Positions 26,401-42,400 are shown, counted from the first letter of the stretch. The stretch is 64,000 nt of DNA from Auanema rhodensis (GCA_964057225.1 CAXKVF010000075.1:186001-250000), one strand, 5' to 3'. The notes: generated from the letters alone by a model not told the origin. Program-made: numbers and translations.

Positions 26401-29400
26401 AATTTTGAAAACCGCATCTCTTTATCTTTCACGTTAAGCGAGTTACATACCAAGTGCACATCACGTGTACATTTAATTAGCATAAATTAAAGTTCACGTA
26501 AATTTCAAAGTCATGGTTACCATGCACCAATATCAATAAAAATTTGTTTTTAGACTAATATGGACATGGGGAATCTAATTTTGAAAACCGCATCTCTTTA
26601 TCTTTCACGTGAAGCGAGTTACATACCAAGTGCACATCACGTGTACATTTAATTAGCATAAATTAAAGTTCACGTAAATTTCAAAGTCATGGTTACCATG
26701 AACCAATATCAATAAAAATTTGTTTTTAGACTAATATGGACATGGGGAATCTAATTTTGAAAACCGCATCTCTTTATCTTTCACGTGAAGCGAGTTACAT
26801 ACCAAGTGCACATCACGTGTACATTTAATTAGCATAAATTAAAGTTCACGTAAATTTCAAAGTCATGGTTACCATGCACCAATATCAATAAAAATTTGTT
26901 TTTAGACTAATATGGACATGGGGAATCTAATTTTGAAAACCGCATCTCTTTATCTTTCACGTGAAGCGAGTTACATACCAAGTGCACATCACGTGTACAT
27001 TTAATTAGCATAAATTAAAGTTCACGTAAATTTCAAAGTCATGGTTACCATGCACCAATATCAATAAAAATTTGTTTTTAGACTAATATGGACATGGGAA
27101 ATCTAATTTTGAAAACCGCATCTCTTTATCTTTCACGTGAAGCGAGTTACATACCAAGTGCACATCACGTGTAAAATTAATTAGCATAAATTAAAGTTCA
27201 CGTAAATTTCAAAGTCATGGTTACCATGAACCAATATCAATAAAAATTTGTTTTTAGACTAATATGGACATCGGGAATCTAATTTTGAAAACCGCATCTC
27301 TTTATCTTTCACGTGAAGCGAGTTACATACCAAGTGCACATCACGTGTACATTTAATTAGCATAAATTAAAGTTCACGTAAATTTCAAAGTCATGGTTAC
27401 CATGAACCAATATCAATAAAAATTTGTTTTTAGACTAATATGGACATGGGGAATCTAATTTTGAAAACCGCATCTCTTTATCTTTCACGTGAAGCGAGTT
27501 ACATACCAAGTGCACATCACGTGTACATTTAATTAGCATAAATTAAAGTTCACGTAAATTTCAAAGTCATGGTTACCATGCACCAATATCAATAAAAATT
27601 TGTTTTTAGACTAATATGGACATGGGGAATCTAATTTTGAAAACCGCATCTCTTTTTCTTTCACGTGAAGCGAGTTACATACCAAGTGCACATCACGTGT
27701 ACATTTAATTAGCATAAATTAAAGTTCACGTAAATTTCAAAGTCATGGTTACCATGCACCAATATCAATAAAAATTTGTTTTTAGACTAATATGGACATG
27801 GGGAATCTAATTTTGAAAACCGCATCTCTTTATCTTTCACGTGAAGCGAGTTACATACCAAGTGCACATCACGTGTACAATTAATTAGCATAAATTAAAG
27901 TTCACGTAAATTTCAAAGTCATGGTTACCATGAAGCAATATCAATAAAAATTTGTTTTTAGACTAATATGGACATGGGGAATCTAATTTTGAAAACCGCA
28001 TCTCTTTATCTTTCACGTGAAGCGAGTTACATACCAAGTGCACATCACGTGTACATTTAATTAGCATAAATTAAAGTTCACGTAAATTTCAAAGTCATGG
28101 TTACCATGAAGCAATATCAATAAAAATTTGTTTTTAGACTAATATGGACATGGGGAATCTAATTTTGAAAACCACATCTCTTTATCTTTCACGTGAAGCG
28201 AGTTACATACCAAGGGCACATCACGTGTACATTTAATTAGCATAAATTAAAGTTCACGTAAATTTCAAAGTCATGGTTACCATGAACCAATATCAATAAA
28301 AATTTGTTTTTAGACTAATATGGACATGGGGAATCTAATTTTGAAAACCGCATCTCTTTATCTTTCACGTGAAGCGAGTTACATACCAAGTGCACATCAC
28401 GTGTACATTTAATTAGCATAAATTAAAGTTCACGTAAATTTCAAAGTCATGGTTACCATGAACTAATATCAATAAAAATTTGTTTTTAGACTAATATGGA
28501 CATGGGGAATCTAATTTTGAAAACCGCATCTCTTTATCTTTCACGTGAAGCGAGTTACATACCAAGTGCACATCACGTGTACATTTAATTAGCATAAATT
28601 AAAGTTCACGTAAATTTCAAAGTCATGGTTACCATGAACCAATATCAATAAAAATTTGTTTTTAGACTAATATGGACATGGGGAATCTAATTTTGAAAAC
28701 CGCATCTCTTTATCTTTCACGTGAAGCGAGTTACATACCAAGTGCACATCACGTGTACATTTAATTAGCATAATTTAAAGTTCACGTAAATTTCAAAGTC
28801 ATGGTTACCATGAACCAATATCAATAAAAATTTGTTTTTAGACTAATATGGACATGGGGAATCTAATTTTGAAAACCGCATCTCTTTATCTTTCACGTGA
28901 AGCGAGTTACATACCAAGTGCACATCACGTGTACATTTAATTAGCATAAATTAAAGTTCACGTAAATTTCAAAGTCATGGTTACCATGAAGCAATATCAA
29001 TAAAAATTTGTTTTTAGACTAATATGGACATGGGGAATCTAATTTTGAAAACCACATCTCTTTATCTTTCACGTGAAGCGAGTTACATACCAAGGGCACA
29101 TCACGTGTACATTTAATTAGCATAAATTAAAGTTCACGTAAATTTCAAAGTCATGGTTACCATGAACCAATATCAATAAAAATTTGTTTTTAGACTAATA
29201 TGGACATGGGGAATCTAATTTTGAAAACCACATCTCTTTATCTTTCACGTGAAGCGAGTTACATACCAAGTGCACATCACGTGTACATTTAATTAGCATA
29301 AATTAAAGTTCACGTAAATTTCAAAGTCATGGTTACCATGAACCAATATCAATAAAAATTTGTTTTTAGACTAATATGGACATGGGGAATCTAATTTTGA

Positions 29401-32400
29401 AAACCGCATCTCGTTATCTTTCACGTGAAGCGAGTTACATACCAAGTGCACATCACGTGTACATTTAATTAGCATAAATTAAAGTTCACGTAAATTTCAA
29501 AGTCATGGTTACCATGAACCAATATCAATAAAAATTTGTTTTTAGACTAATATGGACATGGGGAATCTAATTTTGAAAACCGCATCTCTTTATCTTTCAC
29601 GTGAAGCGAGTTACATACCAAGTGCACATCACGTGTACATTTAATTAGCATAAATTAAAGTTCACGTAAATTTCAAAGTCATGGTTACCATGAACTAATA
29701 TCAATAAAAATTTGTTTTTAGACTAATATGGACATGGGGAATCTAATTTTGAAAACCGCATCTCTTTATCTTTCACGTGAAGCGAGTTACATACCAAGTG
29801 CACATCACGTGTACATTTAATTAGCATAAATTAAAGTTCACGTAAATTTCAAAGTCATGGTTACCATGAACCAATATCAATAAAAATTTGTTTTTAGACT
29901 AATATGGACATGGGGAATCTAATTTTGAAAACCGCATCTCTTTATCTTTCACGTGAAGCGAGTTACATACCAAGTGCACATCACGTGTACATTTAATTAG
30001 CATAAATTAAAGTTCACGTAAATTTCAAAGTCATGGTTACCATGAACCAATATCAATAAAAATTTGTTTTTAGACTAATATGGACATGGGGAATCTAATT
30101 TTGAAAACCGCATCTCTTTATCTTTCACGTGAAGCGAGTTACATACCAAGTGCACATCACGTGTACATTTAATTAGCATAAATTAAAGTTCACGTAAATT
30201 TCAAAGTCATGGTTACCATGAAGCAATATCAATAAAAATTTGTTTTTAGACTAATATGGACATGGGGAATCTAATTTTGAAAACCGCATCTCTTTATCTT
30301 TCACGTGAAGCGAGTTACATACCAAGTGCACATCACGTGTACATTTAATTAGCATAAATTAAAGTTCACGTAAATTTCAAAGTCATGGTTACCATGCACC
30401 AATATCAATAAAAATTTGTTTTTAGACTAATATGGACATGGGGAATCTAATTTTGAAAACCGCATCTCTTTATCTTTCACGTGAAGCGAGTTACATACCA
30501 AGTGCACATCACGTGTACATTTAATTAGCATAAATTAAAGTTCACGTAAATTTCAAAGTCATGGTTACCATGAACCAATATCAATAAAAATTTGTTTTTA
30601 GACTAATATGGACATGGGGAATCTAATTTTGAAAACCGCATCTCTTTATCTTTCACGTGAAGCGAGTTACATACCAAGTGCACATCACGTGTACATTTAA
30701 TTAGCATAAATTAAAGTTCACGTAAATTTCAAAGTCATGGTTACCATGAACTAATATCAATAAAAATTTGTTTTTAGACTAATATGGACATGGGGAATCT
30801 AATTTTGAAAACCGCATCTCTTTATCTTTCACGTGAAGCGAGTTACATACCAAGTGCACATCACGTGTACATTTAATTAGCATAAATTAAAGTTCACGTA
30901 AATTTCAAAGTCATGGTTACCATGAACCAATATCAATAAAAATTTGTTTTTAGACTAATATGGACATGGGGAATCTAATTTTGAAAACCGCATCTCTTTA
31001 TCTTTCACGTGAAGCGAGTTACATACCAAGTGCACATCACGTGTACATTTAATTAGCATAAATTAAAGTTCACGTAAATTTCAAAGTCATGGTTACCATG
31101 AACCAATATCAATAAAAATTTGTTTTTAGACTAATATGGACATGGGGAATCTAATTTTGAAAACCGCATCTCTTTATCTTTCACGTGAAGCGAGTTACAT
31201 ACCAAGTGCACATCACGTGTACATTTAATTAGCATAAATTAAAGTTCACGTAAATTTCAAAGTCATGGTTACCATGAAGCAATATCAATAAAAATTTGTT
31301 TTTAGACTAATATGGACATGGGGAATCTAATTTTGAAAACCGCATCTCTTTATCTTTCACGTGAAGCGAGTTACATACCAAGTGCACATCACGTGTACAT
31401 TTAATTAGCATAAATTAAAGTTCACGTAAATTTCAAAGTCATGGTTACCATGCACCAATATCAATAAAAATTTGTTTTTAGACTAATATGGACATGGGGA
31501 ATCTAATTTTGAAAACCGCATCTCTTTATCTTTCACGTGAAGCGAGTTACATACCAAGTGCACATCACGTGTACATTTAATTAGCATAAATTAAAGTTCA
31601 CGTAAATTTCAAAGTCATGGTTACCATGAACCAATATCAATAAAAATTTGTTTTTAGACTAATATGGACATGGGGAATCTAATTTTGAAAACCGCATCTC
31701 TTTATCTTTCACGTGAAGCGAGTTACATACCAAGTGCACATCACGTGTACATTTAATTAGCATAAATTAAAGTTCACGTAAATTTCAAAGTCATGGTTAC
31801 CATGAAGCAATATCAATAAAAATTTGTTTTTAGACTAATATGGACATGGGGAATCTAATTTTGAAAACCGCATCTCTTTATCTTTCACGTGAAGCGAGTT
31901 ACATACCAAGTGCACATCACGTGTACATTTAATTAGCATAAATTAAAGTTCACGTAAATTTCAAAGTCATGGTTACCATGCACCAATATCAATAAAAATT
32001 TGTTTTTAGACTAATATGGACATGGGGAATCTAATTTTGAAAACCGCATCTCTTTATCTTTCACGTGAAGCGAGTTACATACCAAGTGCACATCACGTGT
32101 ACATTTAATTAGCATAAATTAAAGTTCACGTAAATTTCAAAGTCATGGTTACCATGAACCAATATCAATAAAAATTTGTTTTTAGACTAATATGGACATG
32201 GGGAATCTAATTTTGAAAACCGCATCTCTTTATCTTTCACGTGAAGCGAGTTACATACCAAGTGCACATCACGTGTACATTTAATTAGCATAAATTAAAG
32301 TTCACGTAAATTTCAAAGTCATGGTTACCATGCACCAATATCAATAAAAATTTGTTTTTAGACTAATATGGACATGGGGAATCTAATTTTGAAAACCGCA

Positions 32401-33440
32401 TCTCTTTATCTTTCACGTGAAGCGAGTTACATACCAAGTGCACATCACGTGTACATTTAATTAGCATAAATTAAAGTTCACGTAAATTTCAAAGTCATGG
32501 TTACCATGCACCAATATCAATAAAAATTTGTTTTTAGACTAATATGGACATGGGGAATCTAATTTTGAAAACCGCATCTCTTTATCTTTCACGTGAAGCG
32601 AGTTACATACCAAGTGCACATCACGTGTAAAATTAATTAGCATAAATTAAAGTTCACGTAAATTTCAAAGTCATGGTTACCATGAACCAATATCAATAAA
32701 AATTTGTTTTTAGACTAATATGGACATCGGGAATCTAATTTTGAAAACCGCATCTCTTTATCTTTCACGTGAAGCGAGTTACATACCGAGTGCACATCAC
32801 GTGTACATTTAATTAGCATAAATTAAAGTTCACGTAAATTTCAAAGTCATGGTTACCATGAACCAATATCAATAAAAATTTGTTTTTAGACTAATATGGA
32901 CATGGGGAATCTAATTTTGAAAACCGCATCTCTTTATCTTTCACGTGAAGCGAGTTACATACCAAGTGCACATCACGTGTACATTTAATTAGCATAAATT
33001 AAAGTTCACGTAAATTTCAAAGTCATGGTTACCATGCACCAATATCAATAAAAATTTGTTTTTAGACTAATATGGACATGGGGAATCTAATTTTGAAAAC
33101 CGCATCTCTTTTTCTTTCACGTGAAGCGAGTTACATACCAAGTGCACATCACGTGTACATTTAATTAGCATAAATTAAAGTTCACGTAAATTTCAAAGTC
33201 ATGGTTACCATGCACCAATATCAATAAAAATTTGTTTTTAGACTAATATGGACATGGGGAATCTAATTTTGAAAACCGCATCTCTTTATCTTTCACGTGA
33301 AGCGAGTTACATACCAAGTGCACATCACGTGTACAATTAATTAGCATAAATTAAAGTTCACGTAAATTTCAAAGTCATGGTTACCATGAAGCAATATCAA
33401 TAAAAATTTGTTTTTAGACTAATATGGACATGGGGAATCT
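5457..33440 (+). repeat. Sub-array domain B: no p84T variant; marked by p125C, p125T and p128T alleles and local block duplications
   Basis: No CATTAATT was seen between 5457 and 33440. GCACC, GTACC and GAACT alleles, absent from 1-5456, are present here (GCACC and GAACT are common). Confidence 0.8.
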
Positions 33441-36400
33441 AATTTTGAAAACCGCATCTCTTTATCTTTCACGTGAAGCGAGTTACATACCAAGTGCACA
33501 TCACGTGTACATTTAATTAGCATTAATTAAAGTTCACGTAAATTTCAAAGTCATGGTTACCATGAAGCAATATCAATAAAAATTTGTTTTTAGACTAATA
33601 TGGACATGGGGAATCTAATTTTGAAAACCGCATCTCTTTATCTTTCACGTGAAGCGAGTTACATACCAAGTGCACATCACGTGTACATTTAATTAGCATT
33701 AATTAAAGTTCACGTAAATTTCAAAGTCATGGTTACCATGAACCAATATCAATAAAAATTTGTTTTTAGACTAATATGGACATGGGGAATCTAATTTTGA
33801 AAACCGCATCTCTTTATCTTTCACGTGAAGCGAGTTACATACCAAGTGCACATCACGTGTACATTTAATTAGCATAAATTAAAGTTCACGTAAATTTCAA
33901 AGTCATGGTTACCATGAAGCAATATCAATAAAAGTTTGTTTTTAGACTAATATGGACATGGGGAATCTAATTTTGAAAACCGCATCTCTTTATCTTTCAC
34001 GTGAAGCGAGTTACATACCAAGTGCACATCACGTGTACATTTAATTAGCATTAATTAAAGTTCACGTAAATTTCAAAGTCATGGTTACCATGAACCAATA
34101 TCAATAAAAATTTGTTTTTAGACTAATATGGACATGGGGAATCTAATTTTGAAAACCGCATCTCTTTATCTTTCACGTGAAGCGAGTTACATACCAAGTG
34201 CACACCACGTGTACATTTAATTAGCATTAATTAAAGTTCACGTAAATTTCAAAGTCATGGTTACCATGAACCAATATCAATAAAAATTTGTTTTTGACTA
34301 ATATGGACATGGGGAATCTAATTTTGAAAACCGCATCTTTTTATCTTTCACGTGAAGCGAGTTACATACCAAGTGCACATCACGTGTACATTTAATTAGC
34401 ATAAATTAAAGTTCACGTAAATTTCAAAGTCATGGTTACCATGAACCAATATCAATAAAAATTTGTTTTTAGACTAATATGGACATGGGGAATCTAATTT
34501 TGAAAACCGCATCTCTTTATCTTTTACGTGAAGCGAGTTACATACCAAGTGCACATCACGTGTACATTTAATTAGCATTAATTAAAGTTCACGTAAATTT
34601 CAAAGTCATGGTTACCATGAACTAATATCAATAAAAATTTGTTTTTAGACTAATATGGACATGGGGAATCTAATTTTGAAAACCGCATCTCTTTATCTTT
34701 CACGTGAAGCGAGTTACATACCAAGTGCACATCACGTGTACATTTAATTAGCATAAATTAAAGTTCACGTAAATTTCAAAGTCATGGTTACCATGAACCA
34801 ATATCAATAAAAATTTGTTTTTAGACTAATATGGACATGGGGAATCTAATTTTGAAAACCGCATCTCTTTATCTTTCACGTGAAGCGAGTTACATACCAA
34901 GTGCACATCACGTGTACATTTAATTAGCATAAATTAAAGTTCACGTAAATTTCAAAGTCATGGTTACCATGAACTAATATCAATAAAAATTTGTTTTTAG
35001 ACTAATATGGACATGGGGAATCTAATTTTGAAAACCGCATCTCTTTATCTTTTACGTGAAGCGAGTTACATACCAAGTGCACATCACGTGTACATTTAAT
35101 TAGCATTAATTAAAGTTCACGTAAATTTCAAAGTCATGGTTACCATGAACCAATATCAATAAAAATTTGTTTTTAGACTAATATGGACATGGGGAATCTA
35201 ATTTTGAAAACCGCATCTCTTTATCTTTCACGTGAAGCGAGTTACATACCAAGTGCACATCACGTGTACATTTAATTAGCATAAATTAAAGTTCACGTAA
35301 ATTTCAAAGTCATGGTTACCATGAACCAATATCAATAAAAATTTGTTTTTAGACTAATATGGACATGGGGAATCTAATTTTGAAAACCGCATCTCTTTAT
35401 CTTTCACGTGAAGCGAGTTACATACCAAGTGCACATCACGTGTACATTTAATTAGCATAAATTAAAGTTCACGTAAATTTCAAAGTCATGGTTACCATGA
35501 ACTAATATCAATAAAAATTTGTTTTTAGACTAATATGGACATGGGGAATCTAATTTTGAAAACCGCATCTCTTTATCTTTCACGTGAAGCGAGTTACATA
35601 CCAAGTGCACATCACGTGTACATTTAATTAGCATAAATTAAAGTTCACGTAAATTTCAAAGTCATGGTTACCATGAACCAATATCAATAAAAATTTGTTT
35701 TTAGACTAATATGGACATGGGGAATCTAATTTTGAAAACCGCATCTCTTTATCTTTCACGTGAAGCGAGTTACATACCAAGTGCACATCACGTGTACATT
35801 TAATTAGCATAAATTAAAGTTCACGTAAATTTCAAAGTCATGGTTACCATGAACCAATATCAATAAAAATTTGTTTTTAGACTAATATGGACATGGGGAA
35901 TCTAATTTTGAAAACCGCATCTCTTTATCTTTCACGTGAAGCGAGTTACATACCAAGTGCACATCACGTGTACATTTAATTAGCATAAATTAAAGTTCAC
36001 GTAAATTTCAAAGTCATGGTTACCATGAAGCAATATCAATAAAAATTTGTTTTTAGACTAATATGGACATGGGGAATCTAATTTTGAAAACCGCATCTCT
36101 TTATCTTTCACGTGAAGCGAGTTACATACCAAGTGCACATCACGTGTACATTTAATTAGCATAAATTAAAGTTCACGTAAATTTCAAAGTCATGGTTACC
36201 ATGCACCAATATCAATAAAAATTTGTTTTTAGACTAATATGGACATGGGGAATCTAATTTTGAAAACCGCATCTCTTTATCTTTCACGTGAAGCGAGTTA
36301 CATACCAAGTGCACATCACGTGTACATTTAATTAGCATAAATTAAAGTTCACGTAAATTTCAAAGTCATGGTTACCATGAACTAATATCAATAAAAATTT

Positions 36401-39400
36401 GTTTTTAGACTAATATGGACATGGGGAATCTAATTTTGAAAACCGCATCTCTTTATCTTTCACGTGAAGCGAGTTACATACCAAGTGCACATCACGTGTA
36501 CATTTAATTAGCATAAATTAAAGTTCACGTAAATTTCAAAGTCATGGTTACCATGAACCAATATCAATAAAAATTTGTTTTTAGACTAATATGGACATGG
36601 GGAATCTAATTTTGAAAACCGCATCTCTTTATCTTTCACGTGAAGCGAGTTACATACCAAGTGCACATCACGTGTACATTTAATTAGCATAAATTAAAGT
36701 TCACGTAAATTTCAAAGTCATGGTTACCATGAACCAATATCAATAAAAATTTGTTTTTAGACTAATATGGACATGGGGAATCTAATTTTGAAAACCGCAT
36801 CTCTTTATCTTTCACGTGAAGCGAGTTACATACCAAGTGCACATCACGTGTACATTTAATTAGCATAAATTAAAGTTCACGTAAATTTCAAAGTCATGGT
36901 TACCATGAAGCAATATCAATAAAAATTTGTTTTTAGACTAATATGGACATGGGGAATCTAATTTTGAAAACCGCATCTCTTTATCTTTCACGTGAAGCGA
37001 GTTACATACCAAGTGCACATCACGTGTACATTTAATTAGCATAAATTAAAGTTCACGTAAATTTCAAAGTCATGGTTACCATGCACCAATATCAATAAAA
37101 ATTTGTTTTTAGACTAATATGGACATGGGGAATCTAATTTTGAAAACCGCATCTCTTTATCTTTCACGTGAAGCGAGTTACATACCAAGTGCACATCACG
37201 TGTACATTTAATTAGCATAAATTAAAGTTCACGTAAATTTCAAAGTCATGGTTACCATGAACCAATATCAATAAAAATTTGTTTTTAGACTAATATGGAC
37301 ATGGGGAATCTAATTTTGAAAACCGCATCTCTTTATCTTTCACGTGAAGCGAGTTACATACCAAGTGCACATCACGTGTACATTTAATTAGCATAAATTA
37401 AAGTTCACGTAAATTTCAAAGTCATGGTTACCATGCACCAATATCAATAAAAATTTGTTTTTAGACTAATATGGACATGGGGAATCTAATTTTGAAAACC
37501 GCATCTCTTTATCTTTCACGTGAAGCGAGTTACATACCAAGTGCACATCACGTGTACATTTAATTAGCATAAATTAAAGTTCACGTAAATTTCAAAGTCA
37601 TGGTTACCATGCACCAATATCAATAAAAATTTGTTTTTAGACTAATATGGACATGGGGAATCTAATTTTGAAAACCGCATCTCTTTATCTTTCACGTGAA
37701 GCGAGTTACATACCAAGTGCACATCACGTGTAAAATTAATTAGCATAAATTAAAGTTCACGTAAATTTCAAAGTCATGGTTACCATGAACCAATATCAAT
37801 AAAAATTTGTTTTTAGACTAATATGGACATCGGGAATCTAATTTTGAAAACCGCATCTCTTTATCTTTCACGTGAAGCGAGTTACATACCGAGTGCACAT
37901 CACGTGTACATTTAATTAGCATAAATTAAAGTTCACGTAAATTTCAAAGTCATGGTTACCATGAACCAATATCAATAAAAATTTGTTTTTAGACTAATAT
38001 GGACATGGGGAATCTAATTTTGAAAACCGCATCTCTTTATCTTTCACGTGAAGCGAGTTACATACCAAGTGCACATCACGTGTACATTTAATTAGCATAA
38101 ATTAAAGTTCACGTAAATTTCAAAGTCATGGTTACCATGCACCAATATCAATAAAAATTTGTTTTTAGACTAATATGGACATGGGGAATCTAATTTTGAA
38201 AACCGCATCTCTTTTTCTTTCACGTGAAGCGAGTTACATACCAAGTGCACATCACGTGTACATTTAATTAGCATAAATTAAAGTTCACGTAAATTTCAAA
38301 GTCATGGTTACCATGCACCAATATCAATAAAAATTTGTTTTTAGACTAATATGGACATGGGGAATCTAATTTTGAAAACCGCATCTCTTTATCTTTCACG
38401 TGAAGCGAGTTACATACCAAGTGCACATCACGTGTACAATTAATTAGCATAAATTAAAGTTCACGTAAATTTCAAAGTCATGGTTACCATGAAGCAATAT
38501 CAATAAAAATTTGTTTTTAGACTAATATGGACATGGGGAATCTAATTTTGAAAACCGCATCTCTTTATCTTTCACGTGAAGCGAGTTACATACCAAGTGC
38601 ACATCACGTGTACATTTAATTAGCATTAATTAAAGTTCACGTAAATTTCAAAGTCATGGTTACCATGAAGCAATATCAATAAAAATTTGTTTTTAGAGTA
38701 ATATGGAGATGGGGAATCTAATTTTGAAAACCGCATCTCTTTATCTTTCACGTGAAGCGAGTTACATACCAAGTGCACATCACGTGTACATTTAATTAGC
38801 ATTAATTAAAGTTCACGTAAATTTCAAAGTCATGGTTACCATGCACCAATATCATTAAAAATTTGTTTTTAGACTAATATGGACATGGGGAATCTAATTT
38901 TGAAAACCGCATCTCTTTATCTTTCACGTGAAGCGAGTTACATACCAAGTGCACATCACGTGTACATTTAATTAGCATAAATTAAAGTTCACGTAAATTT
39001 CAAAGTCATGGTTACCATGAACCAATATCAATAAAAATTTGTTTTTAGACTAATATGGACATGGGGAATCTAATTTTGAAAACCGCATCTCTTTATCTTT
39101 CACGTGAAGCGAGTTACATACCAAGTGCACATCACGTGTACATTTAATTAGCATTAATTAAAGTTCACGTAAATTTCAAAGTCATGGTTACCATGAACCA
39201 ATATCAATAAAAATTTGTTTTTAGACTAATATGGACATGGGGAATCTAATTTTGAAAACCGCATCTCTTTATCTTTCACGTGAAGCGAGTTACATACCAA
39301 GTGCACATCACGTGTACATTTAATTAGCATAAATTAAAGTTCACGTAAATTTCAAAGTCATGGTTACCATGAAGCAATATCAATAAAAGTTTGTTTTTAG

Positions 39401-42400
39401 ACTAATATGGACATGGGGAATCTAATTTTGAAAACCGCATCTCTTTATCTTTCACGTGAAGCGAGTTACATACCAAGTGCACATCACGTGTACATTTAAT
39501 TAGCATTAATTAAAGTTCACGTAAATTTCAAAGTCATGGTTACCATGAACCAATATCAATAAAAATTTGTTTTTAGACTAATATGGACATGGGGAATCTA
39601 ATTTTGAAAACCGCATCTCTTTATCTTTCACGTGAAGCGAGTTACATACCAAGTGCACATCACGTGTACATTTAATTAGCATAAATTAAAGTTCACGTAA
39701 ATTTCAAAGTCATGGTTACCATGCACCAATATCAATAAAAATTTGTTTTTAGACTAATATGGACATGGGGAATCTAATTTTGAAAACCGCATCTCTTTAT
39801 CTTTCACGTGAAGCGAGTTACATACCAAGTGCACATCACGTGTACATTTAATTAGCATAAATTAAAGTTCACGTAAATTTCAAAGTCATGGTTACCATGC
39901 ACCAATATCAATAAAAATTTGTTTTTAGACTAATATGGACATGGGGAATCTAATTTTGAAAACCGCATCTCTTTATCTTTCACGTGAAGCGAGTTACATA
40001 CCAAGTGCACATCACGTGTAAAATTAATTAGCATAAATTAAAGTTCACGTAAATTTCAAAGTCATGGTTACCATGAACCAATATCAATAAAAATTTGTTT
40101 TTAGACTAATATGGACATCGGGAATCTAATTTTGAAAACCGCATCTCTTTATCTTTCACGTGAAGCGAGTTACATACCGAGTGCACATCACGTGTACATT
40201 TAATTAGCATAAATTAAAGTTCACGTAAATTTCAAAGTCATGGTTACCATGAACCAATATCAATAAAAATTTGTTTTTAGACTAATATGGACATGGGGAA
40301 TCTAATTTTGAAAACCGCATCTCTTTATCTTTCACGTGAAGCGAGTTACATACCAAGTGCACATCACGTGTACATTTAATTAGCATAAATTAAAGTTCAC
40401 GTAAATTTCAAAGTCATGGTTACCATGCACCAATATCAATAAAAATTTGTTTTTAGACTAATATGGACATGGGGAATCTAATTTTGAAAACCGCATCTCT
40501 TTTTCTTTCACGTGAAGCGAGTTACATACCAAGTGCACATCACGTGTACATTTAATTAGCATAAATTAAAGTTCACGTAAATTTCAAAGTCATGGTTACC
40601 ATGCACCAATATCAATAAAAATTTGTTTTTAGACTAATATGGACATGGGGAATCTAATTTTGAAAACCGCATCTCTTTATCTTTCACGTGAAGCGAGTTA
40701 CATACCAAGTGCACATCACGTGTACAATTAATTAGCATAAATTAAAGTTCACGTAAATTTCAAAGTCATGGTTACCATGAAGCAATATCAATAAAAATTT
40801 GTTTTTAGACTAATATGGACATGGGGAATCTAATTTTGAAAACCGCATCTCTTTATCTTTCACGTGAAGCGAGTTACATACCAAGTGCACATCACGTGTA
40901 CATTTAATTAGCATTAATTAAAGTTCACGTAAATTTCAAAGTCATGGTTACCATGAAGCAATATCAATAAAAATTTGTTTTTAGAGTAATATGGACATGG
41001 GGAATCTAATTTTGAAAACCGCATCTCTTTATCTTTCACGTGAAGCGAGTTACATACCAAGTGCACATCACGTGTACATTTAATTAGCATTAATTAAAGT
41101 TCACGTAAATTTCAAAGTCATGGTTACCATGAACCAATATCAATAAAAATTTGTTTTTAGACTAATATGGACATGGGGAATCTAATTTTGAAAACCGCAT
41201 CTCTTTATCTTTCACGTGAAGCGAGTTACATACCAAGTGCACATCACGTGTACATTTAATTAGCATAAATTAAAGTTCACGTAAATTTCAAAGTCATGGT
41301 TACCATGAAGCAATATCAATAAAAGTTTGTTTTTAGACTAATATGGACATGGGGAATCTAATTTTGAAAACCGCATCTCTTTATCTTTCACGTGAAGCGA
41401 GTTACATACCAAGTGCACATCACGTGTACATTTAATTAGCATTAATTAAAGTTCACGTAAATTTCAAAGTCATGGTTACCATGAACCAATATCAATAAAA
41501 ATTTGTTTTTAGACTAATATGGACATGGGGAATCTAATTTTGAAAACCGCATCTCTTTATCTTTCACGTGAAGCGAGTTACATACCAAGTGCACACCACG
41601 TGTACATTTAATTAGCATTAATTAAAGTTCACGTAAATTTCAAAGTCATGGTTACCATGAACCAATATCAATAAAAATTTGTTTTTAGACTAATATGGAC
41701 ATGGGGAATCTAATTTTGAAAACCGCATCTCTTTATCTTTCACGTGAAGCGAGTTACATACCAAGTGCACATCACGTGTACATTTAATTAGCATAAATTA
41801 AAGTTCACGTAAATTTCAAAGTCATGGTTACCATGAAGCAATATCAATAAAAGTTTGTTTTTAGACTAATATGGACATGGGGAATCTAATTTTGAAAACC
41901 GCATCTCTTTATCTTTCACGTGAAGCGAGTTACATACCAAGTGCACATCACGTGTACATTTAATTAGCATTAATTAAAGTTCACGTAAATTTCAAAGTCA
42001 TGGTTACCATGAACCAATATCAATAAAAATTTGTTTTTAGACTAATATGGACATGGGGAATCTAATTTTGAAAACCGCATCTCTTTATCTTTCACGTGAA
42101 GCGAGTTACATACCAAGTGCACACCACGTGTACATTTAATTAGCATTAATTAAAGTTCACGTAAATTTCAAAGTCATGGTTACCATGAACCAATATCAAT
42201 AAAAATTTGTTTTTGACTAATATGGACATGGGGAATCTAATTTTGAAAACCGCATCTTTTTATCTTTCACGTGAAGCGAGTTACATACCAAGTGCACATC
42301 ACGTGTACATTTAATTAGCATAAATTAAAGTTCACGTAAATTTCAAAGTCATGGTTACCATGAACCAATATCAATAAAAATTTGTTTTTAGACTAATATG

